Source of the DNA: an uncultured Candidatus Nitrosopumilus sp. | Lineage (GTDB): Archaea; Thermoproteota; Nitrososphaeria; Nitrososphaerales; Nitrosopumilaceae | DNA length: 32,000 bases | Assembly (NCBI GenBank): GCA_905616385.1 | Contig: CAJQSS010000004.1 | Span: forward strand, 8,185-40,184 | Reading direction: 5' to 3' | Shown: positions 1 to 8,057 of the stretch, piece after piece | Position numbering within the stretch: position 1 is the stretch's first letter | Layout of the letters: each line of letters begins with the position of its first letter | Program-made: the position numbers and the translations under genes | The notes under the pieces: model-generated | What the model saw: only the letters and a program-made list of their open reading frames with translations | What the model was told of the DNA's origin: nothing | Databases searched by the model: none

Positions 1-689
1 ATGCCATAAAATATCAGAGGACGTTCAATTGCTACATATTTTAGCGTACTTAAAATCACTGATGATCCATGACTAATTGGATTATGTGTTGAGGTATCAC
101 CTTCATACAAAATGGTGATTGGTACTTCGGTAATTATGAAACCAGCTTTTTGTGTTTTAATTAATATCTCTGTAGAAATACCCATTCCTGATTCTTTTGG
201 TTCAATCTCTTCTAAAATTTTTTTGCTATAAGCTCTAAATCCACTTTGTGAATCTGTAATTTTTGTCCCCCCTGTAACATTTGTTAATTTTGTAATTGCT
301 TTTATTCCAATTTCCCTATATTTTGGAATTTCTTGATTATTGTTCAAAAATCTGGAACCAATTACAATATCTGCCGCATTATTTTTAATTGGTTCTAAAA
401 TTGCATTGATATCCTCAATTCTATGTTGACCATCAGCATCAAATGTAACTAACACATCTGCGTTTATTTCACGTGCTTTTAAAAAAATACTTTTTATCGC
501 TGAACCGTATCCTAAATTTCTTTCATGCTCAATAACCGTTGCACCTAATTCTTTTGCAATTTTTCCTGTTAAATCATTAGAACCATCATTACACACAATT
601 ATGTTTTCAGATATTTTTTTTAATTTAATTAAAAGACTTGCTATATTTTTTTCTTCATTATACGCAGGAATTCCTATAATTATTTTCAT
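1..689 (-). CDS. Family-2 glycosyltransferase (dolichyl-phosphate mannose/glucose synthase-like); N-terminal part only, C-terminus runs off the left edge
   Basis: Absent from the supplied track because it is open at the window edge. My reverse-strand translation from ATG at 689-687 gives MKIIIGIPAYNEEKNIASLL..VCNDGSNDLT..LVTFDADGQHRIEDI..SQSGFRAY... This is the GT-A/GT2 fold with a DxD-type DADGQH motif. The frame is uninterrupted to position 1. Confidence 0.75.
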   Translation of the reverse strand, partial: MKIIIGIPAYNEEKNIASLLIKLKKISENIIVCNDGSNDLTGKIAKELGATVIEHERNLGYGSAIKSIFLKAREINADVLVTFDADGQHRIEDINAILEPIKNNAADIVIGSRFLNNNQEIPKYREIGIKAITKLTNVTGGTKITDSQSGFRAYSKKILEEIEPKESGMGISTEILIKTQKAGFIITEVPITILYEGDTSTHNPISHGSSVILSTLKYVAIERPLIFYG

Positions 690-733
690 ATTTTCGATTT
701 TACTAATGACCTTTTAAAGTTGTAGTAGGAATT

Positions 734-1750
734 TTATCCCTCTAGTCTGGATTTAATAAAATCTACTGATTTTACAGGAGTTGGATCTATTTTACATATT
801 ACTGCTTTGTAAATTGATGTGTAGTCTAATAGATAAATTAAATGCATTAATTTAGATAAAATATTACCTTTGATCGAAAATATTTCTTTGTATTCTATTT
901 TGTTGGACTCAAAATAATATTTAAGAACCTTCCATCTCTCTTTTGTTCTTATATTATCATCATCACCTTGCAGTAATATTGGAAAAACATTTGATTCATT
1001 TTCCCATGCTACTATTCCATTATGTGAAGCTTCTACCACATCTTCTACTATTGCATGCATTTTTGCATTTTCCTGTAATGCATTCTTAAATCTAATTGCT
1101 GCAGCTTGTAATCCCCAAGGATAATAAATTAAAGGAATCCCCAAAACTTCTTTTGCTAACTTTAGTGCTTGATTGGAATCAGTTAAATTATTTGATGATA
1201 TTTGATTTTCTAATTGTTTTATGTTTTCTAATGATTCAATTATTTCTTCTTTTTTAATTGGAATAATAAATTCTAATATTTTTAACATTGAATAGATAAA
1301 ACTAACTAATGAAGCTCTTGGTGAATTGTATTCTTTAATTTTTCTGTATTCTATTCTATTTTCATTACAAATTTTTGCAATTTTTCCACCTGAAGAAACT
1401 GCAATTACATTACATTCTAAATATTTTGTTTGATCTAAAATAGATAATGCCTCTGATGTATTTCCTGAAACACTGGTAATAACCACTAAAGAATTTTTAT
1501 CTACAGTTTTTGGTAAAGTATATCCCTTTACCACTGTAACGTGCAATTTTGTTTGTGATAATATTGCTGAAAAAATATCTCCAATAGATCCTGATCCGCC
1601 CATCCCTGCAAAAACTATGTGATCTATATTTTCATATTTTAACGATTGCCAATTTTCTTCATATGTATTTTTAGCAATTTCTGACCATTTATCATAAACC
1701 TTGAACATCTCTTTTTTATCTATATTTTGAAGATCTAATTTTGTAATCAA
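734..1750 (-). CDS. Bifunctional phosphoglucose/phosphomannose isomerase (SIS-domain, archaeal PGI/PMI family)
   Basis: 338 aa. Has the SIS phosphosugar-binding signature FAGMGGSGSIGD and a second SIS-like half (VITSVSGNTSE, AVSSGG). The length fits archaeal PGI/PMI. TTG start. It lies directly upstream of, and co-directional with, the GT2 gene. Confidence 0.7.
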   Translation of the reverse strand: MITKLDLQNIDKKEMFKVYDKWSEIAKNTYEENWQSLKYENIDHIVFAGMGGSGSIGDIFSAILSQTKLHVTVVKGYTLPKTVDKNSLVVITSVSGNTSEALSILDQTKYLECNVIAVSSGGKIAKICNENRIEYRKIKEYNSPRASLVSFIYSMLKILEFIIPIKKEEIIESLENIKQLENQISSNNLTDSNQALKLAKEVLGIPLIYYPWGLQAAAIRFKNALQENAKMHAIVEDVVEASHNGIVAWENESNVFPILLQGDDDNIRTKERWKVLKYYFESNKIEYKEIFSIKGNILSKLMHLIYLLDYTSIYKAVICKIDPTPVKSVDFIKSRLEG

Positions 1751-1867
1751 TGGAAATACACTATTTTTTTAGAATATAATGTTTAAAGAATTAGAATTTA
1801 GAAAATTACTATTTTCTCTATTTTTTGATTATTTCGTTAAAATAAGGGAGAATTAACTAATAAAAAT

Positions 1868-2926
1868 ATGGATAATTCTATACATATTGATTCTTCTCTT
1901 AGGACTGTAGAGTGGAAAAATAATAAAGTGATAATGATTGAACAAACAAAGCTTCCTAATGAATTAGTTTTTGTAGAATATGATGATTTTAATCAAGTTG
2001 CAAATGCTATCAAAACTTTGATAGTTAGGGGTGCTCCAGCAATTGGAGTATCTGGTGCTTTTGGATTAGGATTAGCTGCTTTACAAAGTAAAGCAACATC
2101 AAAAGAAGAATTACTATTTGATTTAGAAAATGCAAGAAAAATTCTTTTTGCAACTAGGCCAACTGCTGTAAATTTAGGTTGGGGATTAGAAAAAATTATG
2201 AACGTTGCAAAAACTGGAGAAACTGCTGAACAAATCAGAGAACTAGTAATTTCTACTGCTAAAAAAATGGCAGATGAAGATATTGAAATTAACAAAGCTA
2301 TGGGAAAGAATGGTTCTATTCTTTTTGATAATAATGATACAATAATGACTCATTGTAATGCAGGTGCTTTAGCTACTGTAGCATATGGAACTGCACTGGG
2401 TGTTATTAGAGCAACTAGAGAAAGTGGAAAAAATGTTAAAGTAATTGCAACTGAAACTAGACCAATTCAACAGGGTTCACGATTAACTGCATTTGAGTTA
2501 AAACATGATGGATTTGATGTTAGTTTAGTTCCTGACACTGCTGTAGGGTATTCAATGGCAAATGGATTAGTAAACAAAGTTATAGTAGGCGCTGATCGAA
2601 TTGTAAAAACTGGTCATGTTTTTAATAAAATTGGAACATATCAGGTGGCAACAATGGCAAAACAACATGGAATTCCATTTTATGTTGCAGCACCATTATC
2701 TACAATTGATATGGAAACTAAAGCCGAAGATGTAATTATTGAGATGCGAAAAGGAAGTGAAGTAACTGGTATTGGTGATAAAAAGACTGCACCTGATGGT
2801 ATTGGCGTGATTAATCCTGCATTTGATATGACTCCGCCAGAATTAATTTCTGGTATTATTACTGAAAAAGGCGTGGCTACAGCCCCTTATGAAAAATCTA
2901 TCCAAAAATTATTCCAAGCTAATTAA
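1868..2926 (+). CDS. mtnA: eIF-2B alpha/beta/delta-like isomerase, most likely S-methyl-5-thioribose-1-phosphate isomerase (ribose-1,5-bisphosphate isomerase not excluded)
   Basis: 352 aa. Family-typical blocks are VRGAPAIGV, RPTAVNL, THCNAG, VGADRI..G.V.NKIGTY and NPAFD.TP. The N-terminus (VEWKNNKVIMIEQTKLP) is typical of MtnA/aIF-2BI. Confidence 0.75.
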   Translation: MDNSIHIDSSLRTVEWKNNKVIMIEQTKLPNELVFVEYDDFNQVANAIKTLIVRGAPAIGVSGAFGLGLAALQSKATSKEELLFDLENARKILFATRPTAVNLGWGLEKIMNVAKTGETAEQIRELVISTAKKMADEDIEINKAMGKNGSILFDNNDTIMTHCNAGALATVAYGTALGVIRATRESGKNVKVIATETRPIQQGSRLTAFELKHDGFDVSLVPDTAVGYSMANGLVNKVIVGADRIVKTGHVFNKIGTYQVATMAKQHGIPFYVAAPLSTIDMETKAEDVIIEMRKGSEVTGIGDKKTAPDGIGVINPAFDMTPPELISGIITEKGVATAPYEKSIQKLFQAN

Positions 2927-2965
2927 TACAAAGTTTTTATTGTTTTTCAAACTGTAAATTAGAAT

Positions 2966-3607
2966 ATGAGTACAGTTTCTGCACAAGCAATTGAAGATTC
3001 ATTAAAACAGTGTATGGATCCTGAAGTTCCTCTCAACATTGTAGAAATGGGATTAATTTATGGAATTGATGTTAAAGAAAATAATGATGTCGATATTAAA
3101 ATGACAATGACTACACAAGGTTGTCCTTTACATGAAACTTTGATTGCAGATGCAACAAGATTTGCCAAAAAAGTTCCTGGAGTGAATAATGTCAAAATTG
3201 ACATTGTCTGGGAGCCTGCATGGTCCATGGATAAAATGACTGAAGAAGGAAAACTCAAAATTAAAGAAATGGGTGCTAATGGTTTGAATACTCCTGCACC
3301 AATAAATTATGAAACTGCGTTACCTCAAGGAGTTGGTAAGTTAGTTCAACAAGACGATGGTTCAATGGTTTTAGCTAATGAGCATGAACAAGGATTTATG
3401 GTAAATCAGGCAATTGTTGATTTTTGGAAATCTTGTAATGGTCAACGTAAGGTGACAGATCTTGTAGAGGTATTTGCACAACAAACAGGATTACAAAGAA
3501 ACCAGGTTGAAAAAGAAGTTATGCAATTACTTCAACAACTTCGTGATGGTGGATTAATTGCTATTGCAGGTCAACATGATACACCAAATGTTGAATTTAA
3601 AAAATAA
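2966..3607 (+). CDS. Two-domain protein: N-terminal DUF59/MIP18 (SufT/PaaD-like Fe-S assembly) domain fused to a C-terminal PqqD/RRE-like domain
   Basis: Residues about 10-95 (CMDPEVPLNIVEMGLIY...MTMTTQGCPL...) match the DUF59 pattern. Residues about 125-205 (FMVNQAIVDFWKSCNGQRKVTDLVEVFAQQTGL..VEKEVMQLLQQLRDGGLI) match the PqqD-family pattern: LN..A..iW..cdG..t..el, then fl..L...gli. Confidence 0.6.
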   Translation: MSTVSAQAIEDSLKQCMDPEVPLNIVEMGLIYGIDVKENNDVDIKMTMTTQGCPLHETLIADATRFAKKVPGVNNVKIDIVWEPAWSMDKMTEEGKLKIKEMGANGLNTPAPINYETALPQGVGKLVQQDDGSMVLANEHEQGFMVNQAIVDFWKSCNGQRKVTDLVEVFAQQTGLQRNQVEKEVMQLLQQLRDGGLIAIAGQHDTPNVEFKK

Positions 3608-3609
3608 TT

Positions 3610-4257
3610 TTAAAAAATATAATTAGAGTTTGCGCCATCAAAGTTTATTGTTACTCCTGAAAGATATTTTATATTATTTTCAATTATTGCTTTAACAAAA
3701 TTTCCAATTTCTTGAGGTTCTCCTAATCTTTTCATAGGTAATATTTTCTCAAATTCTTTAACGTTTTTAATTAATTCTTGAGTTCTGTCTGTATTGATAG
3801 GACCTGGTGCAATGTTAACACAGCTGATGTTTTTCTCAGCATATTTTTTACTTAACACTTTGAAAACTTCAGCAAATGCAGCACGGTATGCTGATGATAT
3901 GATCAACTTTGCACTTGGCTCTTTAATTACACTGGAGCTTATCAAAAAAATATATCCACCATCATTGATTTTGATATTTTGTAGTATAGTAACAAATCCT
4001 AGAAATAATTGATTATGATATCGATTCCAGTCTTCTTCTGTAATGGTTAAGAATGGTTTTGGTTCTGGACCTCCTGTGTTTAGAATTAGAACATCTGTTT
4101 GATTGTGTATTTCTAGAAATTTTTTTACACTAGTCAAGTCTGATGTATCAATATCATTTTTTGAAGCAGCAAAAACGTCAATTTTTATAGATTTTAATGA
4201 CTCTGAAATTGCTTTTCCTATTCCTCTTGAACCCCCAAGCACAATTGCATTAGTCAT
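3610..4257 (-). CDS. Short-chain dehydrogenase/reductase (SDR), short classical type
   Basis: 215 aa. Has the N-terminal Rossmann motif VLGGSRGIGKAI, a catalytic-region S..YRAAFAE-like segment (Y-x3-(K/A)-type), and PGPINTD downstream. Confidence 0.65.
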   Translation of the reverse strand: MTNAIVLGGSRGIGKAISESLKSIKIDVFAASKNDIDTSDLTSVKKFLEIHNQTDVLILNTGGPEPKPFLTITEEDWNRYHNQLFLGFVTILQNIKINDGGYIFLISSSVIKEPSAKLIISSAYRAAFAEVFKVLSKKYAEKNISCVNIAPGPINTDRTQELIKNVKEFEKILPMKRLGEPQEIGNFVKAIIENNIKYLSGVTINFDGANSNYIF

Positions 4258-4417
4258 ACCATTTTAGAAATTTTCTCATAATTAAATTCTTTAATTTTAT
4301 AATTCTAATGTATCGATATTATTTTGAATAATCAAATTTTTTTAAAATTTTAGGGAATTTTAGTTTTTAGATATGCATAACTAATATAAATATAGATTAA
4401 AAAGGAAAATTAAGAAT

Positions 4418-4624
4418 TTGAAATCATATACAATTATTCTAGTTTTATTATTTTCTACAGGTTATTTTATATCTGATGCATATGCTTACCTAGACGCTGG
4501 TACAGGCAGTATAATATTACAATCCTTAATTGGAGTTTTAGTTGGAGTTGCAATTACTTTGAAAATTTATTGGTTAAAAATCAAAGAAAAATTTTCAAAT
4601 ATTTCTAAAAAAAACGAAACCTAA
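4418..4624 (+). CDS. Small membrane protein (68 aa, two hydrophobic helices), first gene of the phosphonate-tailoring operon
   Basis: TTG start. One hydrophobic segment is ILVLLFSTGYFI. It is followed by a YLDAGTGSIILQSLIGVLVGVAI segment and a basic tail. The stop lies 9 nt before the next gene. No function can be assigned. Confidence 0.45.
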   Translation: MKSYTIILVLLFSTGYFISDAYAYLDAGTGSIILQSLIGVLVGVAITLKIYWLKIKEKFSNISKKNET

Positions 4625-4633
4625 TTATTCAAT

Positions 4634-5803
4634 ATGAAATTTCTTGATATCTCTTTAGGTTCTGAATTAAATGAACTTAAAAGATTTGAAAGTTTGAAAC
4701 AGGAAGAACGAAAGATAGTTTTTTATTCAGAAAATAAGAATTCGGTGTTCATCTTTGAATCTTTAATTAATGAATTAGTTAATGTACATAATTATGATAT
4801 TTGTTATGTAACTTCAAGTAGAGATGAACCACTCCTTAAAACTTCAAATAAAAAAATTAAGACTTTTAATATTGGAGAAGGTGTTGCAAGAACAAAATTT
4901 TTCTTAAATTTACAAGCAGATATTTTGATAATGACTATGCCAGATTTAGAAACATTTCATATTAAAAGATCAAAAATTTATCCCGTACATTATATTTACA
5001 TCTTTCATGCAATGGTAAGTACACATTTAGTATATCGTAAAAATGCATTTGATCATTTTGATTCAATTTTGTGTGTGGGAGCATATCAGATTGATGAAAT
5101 TAGAAGTACTGAAAAATTTTATAATTTAAAACCAAAAAAATTAATTCCTTGTGGTTATAGTCACTTAGATGATCTTATTAAAAAATATACAAAAAGAATT
5201 GATGATATTCCCAAAGATAAAAATCAAACTCAAATATTATTGGCACCATCATGGGGTAAAAATGGATTATTTGAAACAATAATTGAAGATCTAATAAAAA
5301 TACTGTTGGATTCTAAATACAAAGTTATCTTTCGACCTCACCCTATGACAATCAAATCTTCAAAAAAGAAACTATTATCAATTGAAAAAATATTTTCATC
5401 AAACCCAAATTTTAAGTTAGAATTAGATTTACCAAATTTTGATTCATTTTTATTTTCTGATGTAATGATTTCAGATTGGTCTGGTGTGGCATTAGAATTT
5501 GCTTTTGCTTTTGAAAAACCTGTTCTATATATTGATGTACCAAAAAAAATTCGTAATCCCGATTTTAAAGACATATCACAAACACCAATAGAAGTGAGTA
5601 TTAGAGAAAAAATTGGTAAAATTATTTCGCCATTAGAAATCAAGCATATTTCAACAGAAATTGAAATGCTAAAGCAAAAATCATCTGAAATTAAAAAAGA
5701 TATAAGAAACATAAGAGAAAAAGAAATTTTCAATATTGGAAATTCAGAAAAAAAGTCCGCCGAGTATATTATTGAATTGTTAAATCAATTAAAAAAAAAT
5801 TAA
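4634..5803 (+). CDS. CDP-glycerol/alditol-phosphate transferase-like protein (TagF/TarF family fold), candidate phosphonyl/phosphoryl transferase
   Basis: 389 aa. ILLAPSWGKNG resembles the TagF-family L(Y/L)APT(W/F)R block. VMISDWSGVALEFAFAFEKPVLYID resembles the family's (T/S)D(Y/W)SS..fdf....kP...y block. Call made by eye only. Confidence 0.5.
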   Translation: MKFLDISLGSELNELKRFESLKQEERKIVFYSENKNSVFIFESLINELVNVHNYDICYVTSSRDEPLLKTSNKKIKTFNIGEGVARTKFFLNLQADILIMTMPDLETFHIKRSKIYPVHYIYIFHAMVSTHLVYRKNAFDHFDSILCVGAYQIDEIRSTEKFYNLKPKKLIPCGYSHLDDLIKKYTKRIDDIPKDKNQTQILLAPSWGKNGLFETIIEDLIKILLDSKYKVIFRPHPMTIKSSKKKLLSIEKIFSSNPNFKLELDLPNFDSFLFSDVMISDWSGVALEFAFAFEKPVLYIDVPKKIRNPDFKDISQTPIEVSIREKIGKIISPLEIKHISTEIEMLKQKSSEIKKDIRNIREKEIFNIGNSEKKSAEYIIELLNQLKKN

Positions 5804-5867
5804 TCTATTGATAAGTGATTTTTAAATTTTATAAGAAAAAGTCATAAACAGTAGAAATTAGATTATT

Positions 5868-6626
5868 TTGTTGAGAGCAATTATTTTAGCAGCTGGAAAA
5901 GGAAGTAGATTAGAAGAATTAACAAAAAATATTTCAAAAGGCATGCTCAAATTATTTGGTAAAACATTGATCGAAAGACAAATAGAAATTTATCAAAAAT
6001 GTGGAATTGATGATATCACAATTGTAACTGGCTACAAAAGTGAAATGATAAATTTTTCAGGCATAAATTATGTAAAAAATCAAGATTATGCTACAACCAA
6101 CATGAATGAAAGTTTATTTTGTGCAAGTGAAAAATTATCAGATTCGGTAATTATTTCATATACTGATATAGTATTTGAGCAAAAAATGATTGAGCAAATG
6201 TTGCAGTTTTCAGGTGATATAGGAGTAGCTGTAAGTCTAAACTGGAAAAAAAATTACGATGGACGTACATTACACCCATTATCAGAAGCTGAAAATGTAT
6301 TGATTGAAAATGACAAAATAATTCAGATTAAAAAAAATATTTCAGAAGCATCATCAGATCAAAAAATTGGTGAATTTTTGGGAGTTATGAAATTATCTAA
6401 TGAAGGAGGAAAAATTCTATTACAGAAGTATTTAGAGTTAAAAGAAAATCATACGGAAACATTTCATATGGCTAAATCTTTCAAAGATGCATATATTACT
6501 GATATGTTACAAGAAATAATTGACTCTGGCTATGATGTTTCTCCTGTGGTAGTAGATGGGAATTGGTATGAAATTGATACTCCGCAGGATCTAGAAGAAG
6601 TAGAAAGATCTTCTATGTTTAATTAA
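5868..6626 (+). CDS. Sugar/phospho-alcohol nucleotidyltransferase (LicC/PntC-like cytidylyltransferase family)
   Basis: 252 aa. Has the N-terminal NTP-transferase signature AIILAAGKGSRL (G-x-G-(S/T)-R-L). The size and C-terminal W(Y)EIDTPQD block are typical of LicC-like enzymes. TTG start. The stop overlaps the stop of the convergent oxygenase gene by 4 nt. Confidence 0.7.
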   Translation: MLRAIILAAGKGSRLEELTKNISKGMLKLFGKTLIERQIEIYQKCGIDDITIVTGYKSEMINFSGINYVKNQDYATTNMNESLFCASEKLSDSVIISYTDIVFEQKMIEQMLQFSGDIGVAVSLNWKKNYDGRTLHPLSEAENVLIENDKIIQIKKNISEASSDQKIGEFLGVMKLSNEGGKILLQKYLELKENHTETFHMAKSFKDAYITDMLQEIIDSGYDVSPVVVDGNWYEIDTPQDLEEVERSSMFN

Positions 6627-7993
6627 TTATTTTTTGGATCAAACCACTGCAATGATTCATTTATTGCTCTTTTAACACTTCTTTTACCAACAAAGGATAA
6701 TTCTCTTTGTGAATCACCAGTAATCTTTCCACCTAGTCTTAATACCAAAAGTTTTCCAGATCCTCTAAAATTATGTTGTAAAAATGGTTTCAAGTATGCA
6801 GAATCTCCTGAATGAATAATTTCTTTAAATTGTTTATTATTATATGACCAGTTAAGGATTACATCTGTATTACCTATATTGTAGATATATTGATGTAAAC
6901 CTACTTCAAGATCTAATGATGAATCATCTTGAGATAACATATCAATTTCAAAAGCTTTTGAGTAGGGTAAGGTAGTTGACGATGCTAAATCATGGAATTT
7001 ATAATTTTTTGATTCTGGATAAAACCAATCTTTTCCTTCTTTATGACATTGTAAAATAACTTTATTTTCTATTTTTTCATTAGGACGTAAATCACGCGTA
7101 TTGATATTAAGTGACGTAGCTAAACTCTGAAGTTCAATTTCCGAAGGCATACTAACATTATTTTCAAAATCTTCAATTTTTCTTTCTGATACGTTACTTC
7201 TTTGAGAGAGCTCATTAATCGATATGCTTCCTATTTCACGATGGAATTTTAAAAGGGATGAAAATGTATGTTGTTTTGAAGAAAAGTCAAGAGCATATTC
7301 TTGACCTAGCTCTGAAGAAATTGCTGATAGTTCCTGTTGAACGTCACCAGTTAATTTATTTCCATAAGTTAATGCTAAAATCAGACCATTTTGTTTTGCG
7401 CCAGATCTTGTAGTAAAAGTATGAGGAGTGAAAGGCGTGATATACATAGAATCCCCAGTATTCATTACTGCAACTTGTTTTTTACCATCTGAATCAAGAT
7501 AATAGAAATTAACATCTCCAACGAAATAAGTAAACTGATGCATAAAGTGCCCTCTATTCCATTGAGCATTTGGATTCTTAGGATCATTATCATCAACATA
7601 ACATAATTCCATTATCCATTCAGGTCTAAAAGGAGCTAAACTGCTCATCACCGTATCTCTATATTCATAATATGGTTTACCTGCACGATCCATTATCCTA
7701 CTACTCTTTTCTGAATTTGTAGATGTCATGATTTTAACTCCAAAATTACAATCATCTCGAATTATGTAGAAATCACGTTCATTAATTGACCATATTTCTG
7801 CAGCACGAGTGACCATTTCAGGTGTTAATTTTCTCTCCCCTTTAATAATCAAAGATATCTCTGCAGTAGTTACATTCAATTCCTTTGCTGCATCCTCCGG
7901 TCTTCTTTTAAGATCATTTAAAATTCCTAAGAAATTGCTGCCAATACGTTTATTCTCATTTTTAATATTGAGAGTATTTTCTAAAGTTTCCAA
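6623..7993 (-). CDS. mpnS: Methylphosphonate synthase-type non-heme Fe(II) oxygenase (MpnS/HEPD family; tandem HTH-cupin/HTH-cupin architecture)
   Basis: 456 aa with an internal duplication. HTH-like segments occur at about 20-75 (PEDAAKELNVTTAEISLIIKGERKLT) and about 245-300 (SINELSQRSNVSERKIEDFENNVSMPS), each followed by a cupin barrel. The first cupin carries NRGHFMHQFTYF ... ITPFTPHTF, giving H149/Q153/H191. The gene sits immediately downstream of the Fe-ADH and opposite pepM/ppd. Confidence 0.8.
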   Translation of the reverse strand: METLENTLNIKNENKRIGSNFLGILNDLKRRPEDAAKELNVTTAEISLIIKGERKLTPEMVTRAAEIWSINERDFYIIRDDCNFGVKIMTSTNSEKSSRIMDRAGKPYYEYRDTVMSSLAPFRPEWIMELCYVDDNDPKNPNAQWNRGHFMHQFTYFVGDVNFYYLDSDGKKQVAVMNTGDSMYITPFTPHTFTTRSGAKQNGLILALTYGNKLTGDVQQELSAISSELGQEYALDFSSKQHTFSSLLKFHREIGSISINELSQRSNVSERKIEDFENNVSMPSEIELQSLATSLNINTRDLRPNEKIENKVILQCHKEGKDWFYPESKNYKFHDLASSTTLPYSKAFEIDMLSQDDSSLDLEVGLHQYIYNIGNTDVILNWSYNNKQFKEIIHSGDSAYLKPFLQHNFRGSGKLLVLRLGGKITGDSQRELSFVGKRSVKRAINESLQWFDPKNN

Positions 7994-8057
7994 TTAAGTT
8001 AATATGAAATTCATTTACTTAAATTGTTTTTGTTGATTTTCAATTAATACGTAATAC

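Noticed and set aside
5338-5733. 131-aa minus-strand ORF inside the TagF-like gene.
   Set aside because: A shadow ORF. The plus-strand frame runs 389 aa with family-like blocks. The minus translation is repetitive ISFS/ISIS low-complexity sequence.
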